A stretch of 64,000 nt of DNA from Eledone cirrhosa (GCA_964016885.1 OZ024742.1:78306001-78370000), one strand, 5' to 3'. Shown: positions 16,576 through 30,575, counted from the first letter of the stretch. Made by a program: numbers and translations. Notes: generated by a model from the letters alone, not told the origin.

Positions 16576-16809
16576 TGCTACTGTACGTCTGTATACATAT
16601 ATGTATGTACGTATACATACATACTTACATTTAAGTAAGTGCCGTACTAAGAGTGAGAAATGAAATTTCGTTTCATTCTATTCCATTTATCGTTTTCGGT
16701 GCGCCTGGCCGACTGAACTCACTCGATATGCAAATTAGGCTGCTCAGCCGTTAATTTTCATAAGGAAAGTATATACTTTCGGACGTTCAACCATCTGGCA
16801 GAAAGGTAT

Positions 16810-16852
16810 ACGGTGCTGACGATAGCTAACAAGCTTGAAACTAGTACATCGT
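16810..16852 (+). ncRNA. Minimal type I hammerhead, intact
   Basis: acggtg-CTGACGA-t-agct/agct-t-GAAA-ctag-TA-catcgt. Confidence 0.85.
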
Positions 16853-17003
16853 TCCTGTGTCAGTGTTGAACAAAAAGGTGACGTGGTTGCCTAAACACTG
16901 TACGGCGTAAATCAGGCTGTTCGTTTGTTTACAAACAAACAAAGCGAACATTATAATAAATGTTCGGTAAACTGTTACGTGCATATATATGTGTGTGCCT
17001 GTA

Positions 17004-17077
<74 letters not shown>

Positions 17078-17123
17078 GAAATGACAGGAGGCTGGATTTG
17101 TGTAAATCCTTGAAAGGTTTATT

Positions 17124-17181
17124 ATACTATGATCATTTCAATGACCGTGTTCCGTATGAATCCGGTGATATCATCAGGTAT
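17124..17181 (-). ncRNA. Type I hammerhead (pLTR copy 1)
   Basis: atac-CTGATGA-tatc-accg/cggt-catt-GAAA-tgatca-TA-gtat. Confidence 0.8.
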
Positions 17182-19903
17182 TCGAAATATAATACGTGAA
17201 TGTAATAGGTAAAATCCATGGGGCTGAAAATCGAGACCCGAGGGCGACCGCTATTCTGTTCCTTCAACCTCAGCCGGTCGCCCTGGAGTGACGTGGCTAA
17301 ATTTTATAGTATGCTACTACCGGTCAGATGAACGAAAACAGAAAGAGATGGGAGCATAGGTTAACGTCGATCCCATGACACAAGGTAAAAAGAAAGAAAG
17401 AAAGGAAGGAGAAGAAGGGGGAAGAAAGAAGAAGAGAAGTCAGGGTTAATGTCAGCTAAAAGAGGAAGGTAACTACTACTGGTCAGATATAGGCAAGCAA
17501 GAGGGGGAAGGAAGATAAGTCTGCGGGAGTAGGAGAGGAGAGAATTAAGGGAAGAGAGAAGTAGAAAAGTAAGGGTTGATGGCTACAAGAAGGAAGATAG
17601 AAAGGAAGAGGAAGAAAGGTCGATATTAATGTCAGACCACAGTCAAGCCAGGAGTGGCGCGAGAAAATTTTCACAGGGACTCGCATCTTAGCGGAGATGA
17701 ATATATTGGGAGTCAGTGTTTTACAGTGTTTAGACTTCTAGGATGAAGTTAAAAAAATTAATAATCAATATTCAATATTAAAGAGGTTAGAAAATTTAAA
17801 GTTCAACAGTTTAACAATTAATTATATAATAGTTCCGATTTGTTCTGTAATTTAAAGGTACTATTTGGTGGTTAAAACAACGGCCGGGCCCCATGGCGAA
17901 TTAAGCCACGCCGAGTATTTTCATTTACTGAAAGAAGGGGAAATTTATTTTTCCAAGCACTCCAGGTGAGCTGGTTCGCCAGGGAGCTGGTCGCGCCGCC
18001 ATTAAAACCCACCCCACAGTCCGACAGAAAGTTGGAACTTTAAAATTTAGCTTAGAGAAGTAAAAGAGTAATGGTTGATAGCTACAAGAAGGAAGATAGA
18101 AAGAGAGAGGAAGGAAGGTCGATATTAATGTCACACCACGGTCGGGCCAGGAGTGGCGCGACAAAATTTTCACAGGGACTCGCATCTTAGCAGAGGTGAA
18201 TATATTGGGGGTCAGTGTGTTACAATGTTTAGACTTATAGGATGAAGTTAAAAAATTAATAAATTAATAATCAATATTCCATATTAAAGAGATTAGAAAA
18301 TTTAAAGCTCAACAGTTTCAGGTTGATATATATAATAGTTCCGATTTGTTCTGTAATTTAAAGGTACTATTTGGCGGTTAAAACACCGGCCGCGCCCCAG
18401 GCCCCATGGCTAATTAAGCCACGCCGAGTATTTTCATTTACTGAAAGAAGGGGAATTTATTTTTCCAAGCACTCCAGGTGAGCCCGTTCGCCAGGGAGCT
18501 GGTCGCGCCGCCGCTAAAACTCACCCAACGGTCCGACAGAAAGTTGGAACTTTAGAATTTTGCTTAACTCTATCGGATGAAGTTGAAAGAATTCAGAATA
18601 ACATTATGAAACTAAGGAGTAAGAGGATTGAGAGTTGAACAAACAGAAAATTGAAGATTAGACATTCAAATAACTTCTATGAGGTTTGGGGTTGCGGGGT
18701 TTAATTAAATAGTCTTTTATGAAGAAACGTTAATTGTATTATGTAGATCTGTAATTTATCCTAGTGGGATGTAGAGTACGGGATATAGTCGTGTAATGTT
18801 TAATTTTTGTTCTCAGGAGGAGACATTCTAGTGTCGTGTGCTAATGGGTACAGGTCCCAATGTGAGGAGTAGAAATACATGGATACATAGAAGTGGAATA
18901 CGTGGAAGAGCTAATGGGTACAGGTCCCAATGTGAGGGGTAGAAATACATGGATACATAGAAGTGGAATACGTGGAAGAGCACATTGGTACAGCAGAGGT
19001 ATAAATATATAAACATATCAATATATAGGTATAAACATGTAAATAAACCAACAAGAGTGGTGTTGGAGTAAGATGGAGAAATCAGGACATTAATACAGCA
19101 AACAAAGATGTGAAGATATAGATAAACAAACAATAGTCGTTGTCTAGTAAATGTAGAGTTCAAGAGACAGGAGAAATACAATATAGTTCAGGTTGCGGTA
19201 TTTATGTTCCCAGGGGGAAATATTCCAGTGACGTGTGCTGAGGGTACACGCGAGTAAAAGTCCGAATAAGGGAAGTAGAAAGTACATGGATGTATAGAGG
19301 TAGAATACGTGGAGGAGCATTAATACAGCAAATAAAGATGTAAAGATATAAATAAACAAACAAGAGTCGTTGTCTATTAAATGGAGAGTTCAAGACACAG
19401 GAGAAATACAATATAGTTCATGCATATAGATGTGGAAACAGTGCGTGTTCGAGTCTGGGAGTTCAGTGTGAGTTATACATGCCCAGAAGTATAGGGTAGC
19501 CATTTAGTTAATTCAGTGCAGTACAATACATGTTATGGTCCAGTCCGTGGAGTTTCGTCGAAGTTCGGATATTCTGTGAGGGGAGTAGCAAAGGGCCAGG
19601 CGAAAGCACCGGGTAGCCAAAGTTCGATTTGTGGTTAGATATATTCAGTCCCATGCCGCTGTTGATTATTACATTTTGAAGTGCTCAACATTTCAGGAGC
19701 GTTATTTATTCAGGTTTGAGGTTCACCACTGTATAGAGCTGGTCTATTCCGTATGGTCAATCGTAATGCAATAATATAGAGAGTACTCAACGTAAAGCAG
19801 TTCAACCGTCTTTGTTTTTGTAGTTGGTGGTGCTATTACGGAGTTAAATATTATAATGAAATGACAGGAGGCTGGATTTGTGTAAATCCTTGAAAGGTTT
19901 ATT

Positions 19904-19961
19904 ATACTATGATCATTTCAATGACCGGGTTCCGTATGAATCCGGTGATATCATCAGGTAT
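19904..19961 (-). ncRNA. Type I hammerhead (pLTR copy 2)
   Basis: Same motif as 17124-17181, with accgg/ccggt stem II. Confidence 0.82.
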
Positions 19962-20106
19962 TCGAAATATAACTCCGTAATAGCACCACCAACTACAAAA
20001 ACAAAGACGGTTGAACTGCTTTACGTTGAGTACTCTCTATATTATTGCATTACGATTGACCATACGGAATAGACCAGCTCTATACAGTGGTGAACCTCAA
20101 ACCTGA

Positions 20107-20177
<71 letters not shown>

Positions 20178-20959
20178 TGTTACTGTACGTCTGTATACAT
20201 ATATATATGTACGTATACATACATACTTATATATATATATATATATATACATACACATGTGTATGTCTATACCATCTTGTTTTATCTAAGGGTATGAAGG
20301 ACTACAATTATCTTATCTTTCTTTACAATGGTGTGGTTGTAATTTGATGGAGATATCTCCACCATTTCTAGTAGGGTTAGTAACCGCCTAGCGAGGAGGC
20401 TCCGTCGTCAGCAAGTAGACATGTTTATACAGGTCTATAATAATCCGATCTAGCTTAAAAGCAAATAGATATGAATAATTGATGAGAAATAATAGAGTAA
20501 CTATAGTTGGCTCCACTTGTATTTCTATGTGTAAGGTTTGAATTGATGGAAGTTACTTCCTGGTGCGTTCAACTGATCAGCTAATCATATAGATTCAGTT
20601 TCTGTCAGTTCGTATGTGATGTGTAGGATTTGTCTGTGTGTGTGTGTCTCTTTGTATGCATCTGTATTTAGGTGTTGTCTAGACACGTTGTTTGCTCTGT
20701 GGTGCTTGAAGTATATGTGTTTGGACTTGGGTGTGTTCGTCTGTGTTTGTATATATGTGTGTGTGTGTGCTAATTTGTGGACGCTGTGCAGTGTCTAGGA
20801 ATGTTAATACATATGAGTGGTTGTCTTTATGTGTGAGAATATATCAGTTTGCATGTGTTCGTACATGTGTGTGTGTGTACCTATTTGTCTGAATGCATTT
20901 GTGTTAGCGTATTGTGTATGTACAATCTGTGATGTGTAGTGTGTGAAAGATGCAGGCAG

Positions 20960-21250
20960 AGCAGGGTGCTTAAGTAGTTTGTTCACGATCACAAGGTTTT
21001 GGCTTCGATTTCACTGCTTTGCTTCTTGGGCAAGTGTTTCTGCCAAAGCCTCTAGTTGATCCAAATTTAAATGAATCGGATGTACAGAAACTATGTTAGG
21101 TGGATTGCATCTGTGATTCAGTAGAACTTCTTTATCACACATTATCATATTGATTCAGTTTTTCATGTGTACCATTCTCTGGAATACTCGAAAATTTACG
21201 TGTTAATTCATGAGACTTACCGTAGTCCGAACAACTGAATACTCATTCTC
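20960..21250 (+). mobile_element. Old tRNA-derived SINE (second family)
   Basis: tRNA-like head and cttgggcaagtgtt core; relatives at ~38380-38470, 39980-40250 and 62630-62960. Confidence 0.5.
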
Positions 21251-22189
21251 GAAACAGTTAGAAGCATATACGTATGCGCATTAAAGGGCGCGCGTGTGTT
21301 TATGTGCACGTGTGTGTGTGTGTGTGTGAGAGAGAAAGAGAGAGAGATTGGGTAAGCATGCGTGACTGTATGGTAAATGTCTGGTAAATGACGAATGGGG
21401 GTCCTTGTGTACTAGTGTGTGTGTGTGTGTGTGTAACAATATGTGTGTGCGTGAAAGAGAGTTGATATGCGTGAGTGCATATGAGAATGTCTGGGTAAAT
21501 GAGTAATCTGTTAGGGTGTGAGTTCTGAGTTTTCAGTGTTTTGAGTTCAGATCCAGTAGAGATCATCTTCGCATGTCATCTTTTCAGGGTTGATCAAATA
21601 AAGAACAAATACAGGGCAGTAGAGTACCGGAAGAATGAGAGAAGATTGCACAACATGCCTTCCAGTGTCCCGGTTCTTGGTGTTCTCTGTTTCTGTGTGG
21701 TAGAATTAATCTGTAACCTGATATAACACCGGCATCTGTCTATGGGTGAGTTAAATGAAGTTCCAGACCTGTCAACGCCCCCCGTCCGACGGAGAGAACT
21801 CCCATCCATTTTGGGTTGGGTAAGAAATAACTACTCTTGTGAAAATAGGTATAGCTTTCATTATGTAAAATCTCCCAATTTTGCCTCATTTCTCCTCGTT
21901 TTGGGGCACTTTTTTTTTCATGGTACTCTCCATTTGGGTTTTTAGAGGTTGGCATGTCTGAAGTTCACTCTGATACAAATATTCGGGCTAGATTCCGATT
22001 TGAAGGTACCTAGCTCTTCCTTATCTCTAACCTCGGAGGTCATGACGGTTATAAGCATTTCCTTTCGTACACTGACAAAACGCTAAAAACACCTATTATG
22101 ATAAACGTTTGTGTTACTATTAGAGGTGACTGACATAAATTGCAATTACCAGGTGCAGACGCAAATGTACTTCTAGTGAGATTACAATG

Positions 22190-22250
<61 letters not shown>

Positions 22251-22494
22251 AACACATTCAGAAAGACACACGCGTATACATACCAACATAAGAATCTATA
22301 TAGAAATGCACAAAAAATACGTATAAAAATATCACCTGTTTTCAAATATATATATATATATAGTAATAATAATAAATTTGAAGACTAAAATCCAAAGAGT
22401 GCTCGATAAGGATAAATATATATCAAATATCTAAGAACCGTAGGGCAAATATTTATTAAAATAACAGATTAAAGTTTAAGCAAAGAATCGGTGC

Positions 22495-22535
<41 letters not shown>

Positions 22536-22822
22536 CATTATATCTATTTCAGAATTATGTATACAAATTTTAAATAATGCATACAGCCTTTTCAAGACGT
22601 GAATAACAAATTTTGAAAAGCTGTACACCTAAGAATCTACTTTACCCACACAGATTATAATTGACACATGTACACACATACATTCGAAGTATATATATAT
22701 ACATATATATATGTGTTTAATGGTAGCTATCATGATTCCATAGGCGGTATGCCAGTTGAGCACTCTGTGTTCTTACAGAGCAGAGTGTGATATAATATAA
22801 AATTTGGTCCGAAAGTATTGCA

Positions 22823-22912
22823 TGTGTCCGAAGAACCTGCAGATCTAGAATCAGAGAGATCCATACAATGATCGTGTTTCGAGCTATCTGCCGGTGAAAC
22901 AATTGTAACACA
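22823..22912 (+). ncRNA. Type I hammerhead, CCGAAGA variant
   Basis: tgtgt-CCGAAGA-acc-t-gcagat...atctgc-c-ggt-GAAA-caattg-TA-acaca; (TA)n about 45 nt downstream. Confidence 0.75.
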
Positions 22913-22985
22913 CAATAAACTGAGTCCAGATGCATCACTGATTTTTCGTTTTATATTATATATACATATATATATATATATATAC

Positions 22986-23041
<56 letters not shown>

Positions 23042-23186
23042 TTGAGGTAGGTAGAAAATCATTTGTCATCCAACATGTTCACGTGGCCTGTCATTAACTA
23101 ATTAGAATTTGTTTACCTCGTCTCATCCAAAGACAGGTAATTTGCAAGTGAAAAGGTTTATATCAATAACAGGTGTTTCGAAATGT

Positions 23187-23254
<68 letters not shown>

Positions 23255-24882
23255 GTGTGTATGTATATATAGAGAGGGTTCGATAAGGATACATATATAT
23301 CAAATATATAAGAACCGTAGAGCAAATATTTATTAATCTGTTATTTTAATCTGTTATTTTAATCTGTTATTTTAATAAATCTATCTGTTAGAACACGAAA
23401 AGTGTGAAACAACAGAATGTTCACTTTTCGTGTTCTAACATATATGCCTAGCTTCTTCATAAATTTTTCGGGGATAGCCGTGGTGGTGGTGATCGTATGT
23501 CATTGGCTAATTTTCAACCAATCAGAGTAAGTGTTGATATATATATATATATATATATATACTATTCCCCCTCTCTATATATATATCTTACGCTTTCGCT
23601 TTACACTCCTCCCCTTCAATAACACATTTCCCCCTCTCTATATATCTCTTCCACTGTTACTTACGCCTGTTTCTCTCTATCTGTTCCGTCTCTATATATA
23701 TCTCTCTTACTCTTTCGCTTTGCACTCCTCCCCTTCAATACCATCTCTCCCCCTCTCTATATATTTGTTACTCTATCGCTGCACGCTCCTCTCCTTCAAT
23801 ATATCAATTACACACGCTTTACACTCCTTTATCCCCAGCGCCCCTATATATACACCCCCCCTCCCGCATCTATATTTTAATGTTCCGTTGCACCGTGAAT
23901 ATATGTGTCTATATAAATATATACACATTCATGTATGTGTATACACACTCATGTATGTATATACACTGGTTTTATGTGTGTATTGTAAATTTGTACTGTT
24001 AAAACACGAAACTAACATTCGATTGACACTTTGATTACCTGTACAGGCAATAGTTATTAGAATGCTGTTGAAGTGTGTATATATTTTGGGGGGACATCCT
24101 GTATATACACACATTATATATAATACAATAAACAGATAAATACACACATATATATATGAGCTTATTTAATTATAAATATTGTGAATTTTTAACTCAGTTC
24201 AATTATATATATAAATGGCTTCTACAGGACTAGAACTGTTTCATTCGAAAGAAATCATCATAATATTGAGAGGGAGGACTAGATAAAATATTTCAAATCA
24301 AATGTGTATAAGTTATAAGTTAAAATGTATAAATAGAGACGATAGTGGAGGTATATCTGTTTAGTGGAACAGTAGACGATAGAATTAAATACAGACGAGA
24401 ATCTCCCTTTAATGAAACAGCAGACGATAGAATTAAGGCAATTTAAATTTTAAGCATTTGCATTTTTGCCTTTCATCGTTACGGGGTCGATAAAATAAAG
24501 TACCAGTAATACACTGTCACTATAAGTAGACGACTTTCAAATTGAATTGTTGGTTCCATTTCTTTAGTATTTTCAATTGTAGTTATCTACTTAAAAAGCG
24601 TTACACGGTTAGAGACATAATTGGTAAGTTATATCTTCCCTATTAAACCATTGCATTATTTCGCCTACAATAGAACAAAAATGAAATGTTCTTTAAAGAA
24701 ACAGGAATATAACTTTATAAAAAAAAAAGTTGCATCCGCTTCTTTTATCATTGATAATTTTTTCGTTTTAATATTAATTGTTTTTTGTAGTTGTTTATAT
24801 TAAAAATCTTACTGTAATATTTACTTAAACGAAAGCAGACATCTAAACTTATAGATTAATCTTGAGCGAAGGACTAGATAAA

Positions 24883-24997
<115 letters not shown>

Positions 24998-25477
24998 GAA
25001 GAATGATAAAATTTCAAGCAAAGAGTTTAATTAGGTAATGACTTACAAATTTGTTTCAGTATATAGACAAAGCCTGAAGCGCTAATTATAATAATTAGTT
25101 AATAATATTACAAAATATATTAATATTATATTAAATATATACTGAAACAAATTTGTTTAGCAGAAAGTTTCCAGACAAGAAACACGCATATTTTGTTATC
25201 CTCAAACACGTTTACACATGGCATGAAATATAACTAATCCGAGATGGCTAGGTTTCATCTTCTAACTGGATAAACGAAATCCATTATGTCTTGACAACAA
25301 CATGAGGTAACATTATGTTATTCACAGACACACTTTGTACACTGTTCCATATCAGAATGTATTTCCTTCGTCACATTCACAAACAGTATTGAAAATATGT
25401 TCTTCGGCAAATAAAAATGTTTTATTGCTCTACTCCACGCACGACCACCATAAATTAATGACCAGCTCAACACAAGT

Positions 25478-25648
25478 ATTGGTAGAGCGTCAGACACCAT
25501 GCTTTGCAGTATTGTTATGGTCCTTTGCATTCTAAGTTCAAATCCTGCCGAGGTTAACTTCGACTTTCATACTTACTAATTCGATAAAATAAAGTACCAG
25601 TAATGGACTGCCGTAATGGATTTGTGCCGAAAAATAGAAACACTATTA
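25478..25648 (+). mobile_element. tRNA-derived SINE
   Basis: Diverged copy of the 2040-2222 family. Confidence 0.75.
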
Positions 25649-26149
25649 ATGTGCAATAAGAGCAAAATATAACGACATTGCTCAATTATTTTATCTAATG
25701 TTGTAATAACACAAGGAAATGTTGTTTGTGTATTTTTTTTTATTTTTGCTCATAGGCTTTTACAATTTCGCTCAGCCAACAACTATTAAAAAGTGAGTTG
25801 CTTAAGATAACAATTTAATCACAAATTGTTGCTATCTTTTAATACACACCAACAAGTCATCAAATTATGTACAATAAAAACAAATCTTATTAATTTGCTC
25901 AGGGAATATAAAGAAAATGTATATACACTGATAATTGCAATTGTATGTAAATATTTTGTATTTGTATTGTTTATTTTATGTCTTCTATTATGTATAATAT
26001 ATTGATTTAATATTGATTGTTTTTTGTAGTTGTTTATATTAAAAGTCTGAAAATATTTTTATACATCTTACACTAATATTTATAAGATAATTTATAATAA
26101 CAATTACATAATCTAATTACATTACAACGATAATTTATTATTAATATAT

Positions 26150-27154
26150 ATCCTGTTTAACTAGAGTTATTACAAGCGTTGCCTTAAAAAAATATTAAAC
26201 TAGACATGAAAAATGCGCAAGCTCAAAAGTGCCACAGAATGTTATAATAAACCTTCAAAAGTGTGGGACTAGAGTTGTTGCTAAAAAATATTGTAATCAT
26301 TATATATCGTACATTCTGTGGCATCCTTTATAAAAATAGCTTAAACCAACGAAGCCTTTATTTTTACGCTATTTCACTTAGTTAATTCTTAGAGTGTAAC
26401 ATATAAAAATAAATACATCTATGTTTAATGTAATAACAGCTATAAATAATTACGTAATATTATTATCATATACTCATAGTAATAAAATAATTGTGTTGAA
26501 AATTAATATGATGCTTATATGAACGATCAAATCTATAATGATAATTTCTTAAATATACTAATAGTAAAATAATTTAGTTATCTATTGTTACATTTTCATA
26601 GAACTATAATATTAACAATCGTATTGCATTATCAAATTTTTATCACTACAAACTTTCATATTGGAATTACCTTAAGCCACTTATTATTACTTCGCTTTCG
26701 TACTTTTACAGCTGTAGATATTGCGCTGTATCTTATATCTAATATCAATATCTCATGGTAATTTGCATGCAGTGTAAAATAGGTTTATTAATAACTTTAA
26801 TATGAAATGTATTATACAGGGCTGCGGAGTCGGCTAAAAATTGACTGGCTCCAACTCAGGATCCGATACTCCATTATTTCCTAAATTTCAGCTCCGCAGC
26901 TCTGTTATTATATTAATTAATTTATTTTATAGTTGTAAATCATATTTTTATATGTTACACTCTAAGAATTAACTAAGTGAAATAGCGTAAAAATAAAGGC
27001 TTCGTTGGTTTAAGCTATTTTTATAAAGGATGCCACAGAATGTACGATATATAATGATTACAATATTTTTTAGCAACAACTCTAGTCCCACACTTTTGAA
27101 GGTTTATTATAACATTCTGTGGCACTTTTGAGCTTGCGCATTTTTCATGTCTAG
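26150..27154. mobile_element. Fold-back element with ~210-bp near-perfect inverted arms
   Basis: 26200-26410 is the reverse complement of 26944-27154; short unique tail to TA at ~26150; each arm contains a tgccacagaatgt/acattctgtggca hairpin. Confidence 0.8.
26817..26903. mobile_element. Small MITE
   Basis: TIRs cagggctgcggag / ctccgcagctctg. Confidence 0.6.
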
Positions 27155-27162
27155 TATATATA

Positions 27163-29333
27163 TTTAGCAGCATGGTGTATAAATGTTATTGAGACACGAG
27201 TAACATAATAATGAAGACAACAGCAGAAATTAGAGATGAAATGTATGTTTATTTTTGTTGTATCACAAATAATGTTTGTTAACTTGTATGGTTGAAGTTA
27301 CACATAAAATGAGGTTACAAAAGGGAATGTGCCATTGTGCCGGAAAGCCGGCAGGCCAAAGTGCAAAATCTCACCGTCACATGTTGTACATGTTGCTGAT
27401 TCGAAGTTCCTGGTGCGAGAGAAAGATTCTTCAAATCTTCGCGGGGAATTTCTCCCTCAGGACGCGTAGGGATACATCCTCTTCTACTGGCGTTGATTGG
27501 CTGAGCTGAGCCAAATCACGGACAGAGAATGTATGTGAACCCGCAGAATGTAGGTCACTACAATACTCCCCTTCTAGACGGAAGTCGATACAGATTATTG
27601 AATCAGCAAGAACAAATACTGATAGAGCACATCAGTGAAAAATAATTGAGAAGAAGGATGCATGCAAGAAAAAAAAATGAGGCGCTAAGGGCCGTGTTGA
27701 GCCGCTGTGTCAAATGACTAGCTGTTTTGTAGTTTATACGTGACCACAAAAGGTCTAACAGAAAACGGATAAAGTCTGACATGGGCGAAGTTTCTGTTCT
27801 TGCATTAAATGTTAATGGTAAGTGTTGTACCAGTAGCTGTGGATGTTAGCTATTATGGTAGTTTACCAGTGCTGGCAAGAATATGATGGGTAGGCGAGAA
27901 AATGTTGGCCTCCCAGATGTATTGCCGAATGTGCTAGGGAGCCAGGAAAAAATGGCTGGTTGCTTTGAAAAGAAAAAAAGCAAGTTGAATCTGTAGGTGG
28001 GTTGCAGTGTAAATTCCATAATTCGGGCGAATCCACAGAAGTGGTGGAAATGCTGACAAGTCCAGTTCTATTTGTTGTTTTCCCAGTGAGTCGGGTAAGG
28101 TAACAAGATGGAGGTTGTTATGGACGATGAGTGTGCAACGAGATGCGAAACTGTTTGAGTTCAGCTGCAATTAGCATTCTCGTGCTGCGGTGCCTGTTTG
28201 AATCCAGGTGAATTAAGCTCTATGAGTCGCTAGCATGTGACGGCACCTCAACCAGGTGAAAAGGGATCTCGCAGAATATTACGTTTGAAGAACATATACT
28301 AAGAACAACATGTTGGTAGGTGACAAAGAAATGTGTGCATATGCAGGCATGTAAAACAGCAAATAAATGTGTGGGTGCAGTCATATATACAATGATAAAG
28401 AAAATGATGCAGTCATATATATACAATGATAGAAAAAAAATGAATTTCCATATAATACAGTTTTAAAAAAAAAATGTCCAAAATAAATGCCTGAAAAAAA
28501 AGGAAGAAAGAAAGAATTGTTTATTTTCTTTTAACAAAAAGTTCGCTTTTCTTTTCTTTGGGATCGCTCTTACTAGGGAGCTAGTAGAGTTGTTGTTGTT
28601 GTTGTTAAAGCAAAGTCACAATGAATCTCCTGTAGAGTCGAAGACGAGCGTTGAAGAACCTAGAGTCACCAATATGGCAGCCACGTCTGACGCCATAATG
28701 GTGAAAAGACTAATGTCTTAATTTCTTGAGTCCTTGTGGTAACGAGACAGAAGATATGGTGGTTGCGTCGGTAAAGTTACAAGCCATTCCCTGGTGTTGG
28801 TTAATAGTTAGCCATGTGTTGCTGCTGATGACTGGTACTTGGTGGTAGCCGTTTTGAAATTTCCTCGTGGCGTAAATTTGTATATACATACACTGCCAAT
28901 TTTAATTTTATTTCAAAAGGAATATTTTGAACTGAAAATATTCATCACGTCGGGGTCACCACTTTTAACAGCATGGTGTATAAATGTTATTGAGACACGA
29001 GTAACATAATAATGATGTCAACAGCAGAAATTAGAGATGAAATGTATGTTTATTTTTGTTGTAGCACAAATAATGTTTGTTAACTTGTATGGTTGAAGTT
29101 ACACATAAAATGAGGTTACAAAAAGCCGGCAGGCCAAAGTGCAAAATCTCACCGTCACATGTTGTACGTGTTGCTGATTCGAAGTTCCTGGTGCGAGAGA
29201 AAGATTCTTCAAATCTTCGCGGGGAATTTCTCCCTCGGGACGCGTAGGGATACATCCTCTTCTACTGGCGTTGATTGGCTGAGCTGAGCCAAATCACGCA
29301 CAGAGAATGTATGTGAGCCCGCGGAATGTAGGT

Positions 29334-29340
<7 letters not shown>
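27163..29340 (-). mobile_element. Small non-autonomous LTR retrotransposon (TRIM-like)
   Basis: LTRs 28964-29340 and 27163-27562 (minus strand starts TGTAGTGACC). PBS at 28944-28961 matches the tRNA-Trp 3' end (atcacgtcggggtcacca). PPT agaaggggagta precedes the 3' LTR. No intact internal ORF; inserted in TA repeat. Confidence 0.9.
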
Positions 29341-29394
<54 letters not shown>

Positions 29395-29531
29395 TTAATA
29401 AATCTATATATATATATATTTTAATAAACTATATATATATATTTTAATAAATCTATATATATATGCATATATATTTATATATATATATATATGAGATGTG
29501 AGAAAAACCACAGACCCTCCATCTCAACTCA

Positions 29532-29569
29532 CCTTTTGAAAAGCAGAAGAACTGCGAAACCGGTAAAGG
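29532..29569 (+). ncRNA. Minimal hammerhead, U3-A8 core variant
   Basis: cctt-TTGAAAA-gcag/ctgc-GAAA-ccgg-TA-aagg; all three stems pair perfectly. Confidence 0.7.
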
Positions 29570-29698
29570 AACCAAATAAATATATATATTTTTTTTAAAA
29601 ATAAGACTCCAGTTGCATTTTCGATTTCATCTCTTATTCTTTATACTTTCACTCGTGTAGGACACCTCGGTTATTTTTCATTTTGTAAAAAAAACCTC

Positions 29699-29744
<46 letters not shown>

Positions 29745-29747
<3 letters not shown>

Positions 29748-30390
29748 GAGGTTATATTTAATTTGTTGGGATTCAACAAGCTTAACAATTGTTATAACTG
29801 ATATAAAGCACTCAACATTGTTGTGGAGTAAATACACAATATATTAATAAATGGAAACTATATTTATAAAACCATATTAATTTTATTATATATATTTCAA
29901 GGGCAACCAAGGCAAATTATGGTGTGCTTTCATCAGATAAAATACAGATTTGTTTTATAAATAAATATTGACATACCCGGAAAAAGGACAACCTTAACGG
30001 TTGGAGCTTCCTGGATAGTGGAGATAATATTTTATTGAGGGTAATACAAAGTTATGAGTGAGTATGCAAATGAGTGTCCGAAAAGTTGAATAGATAACGG
30101 TTTATTTAAATTAAACTGTTGGAAGAGGATTATATGTAAGGGAGAAAAAAAAAAGAAGAAAAAAAAAAGGAAGGAGAAAGAGAGAAGAGGAAGGAAAGAG
30201 CGGTTATACATAGTGATATTAAAGAAAGTCAGAATGAATGAAGAAATAAGTTTTAATGGAAAACTATACATAGCGTAAATATATCTAAGTGAAGGAAGAA
30301 GTGAAAGAAGAAATAAGATTAACGTGGAAGAATAATATTTAGAATGTAGGGTTCATTACGTTGTGATTATAATATTTATAATGATTTATA
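29745..30390 (-). mobile_element. PLE-derived element related to 6896-7710
   Basis: Shares aatatggttttataaat.tagtttccattt and the gttgagtgcttt(t)atatcagttataa tail; (TA)n flanks. Confidence 0.75.
29880..29943 (-). ncRNA. Type I hammerhead
   Basis: attttat-CTGATGA-aag...ctt-GAAA-tatatata-ataaaat; stem I covaries with the 7512 copy. Confidence 0.8.
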
Positions 30391-30433
<43 letters not shown>

Positions 30434-30435
<2 letters not shown>

Positions 30436-30527
30436 CCCATTGCAGAAACTAATTAGTTGGAGTGAAAATTTAAGTAAGTAAAAAATTTTTAAAAAAATTT
30501 TTTTGAAAAATATTTTCTTATTTTACG

Positions 30528-30575
<48 letters not shown>

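Larger units (their letters stand above)
17074..20111 (-). mobile_element. Internally degenerate PLE derivative with pseudo-LTRs and inverted tail
   Basis: Direct repeats 17074-17192 and 19854-19972; 19971-20111 is the reverse complement of ~19704-19846; internal duplications (17570-18050 vs 18065-18560, and 18835-19420); no long ORF. Confidence 0.8.

Noticed and set aside
21740-21955. PDLSTP resembling the Tc1/mariner SPDL motif
   Set aside because: Single short motif, no other transposase motifs or TIRs found.
27934-28426. Short ORFs inside the LTR element
   Set aside because: No gag, protease or integrase motif recognised.
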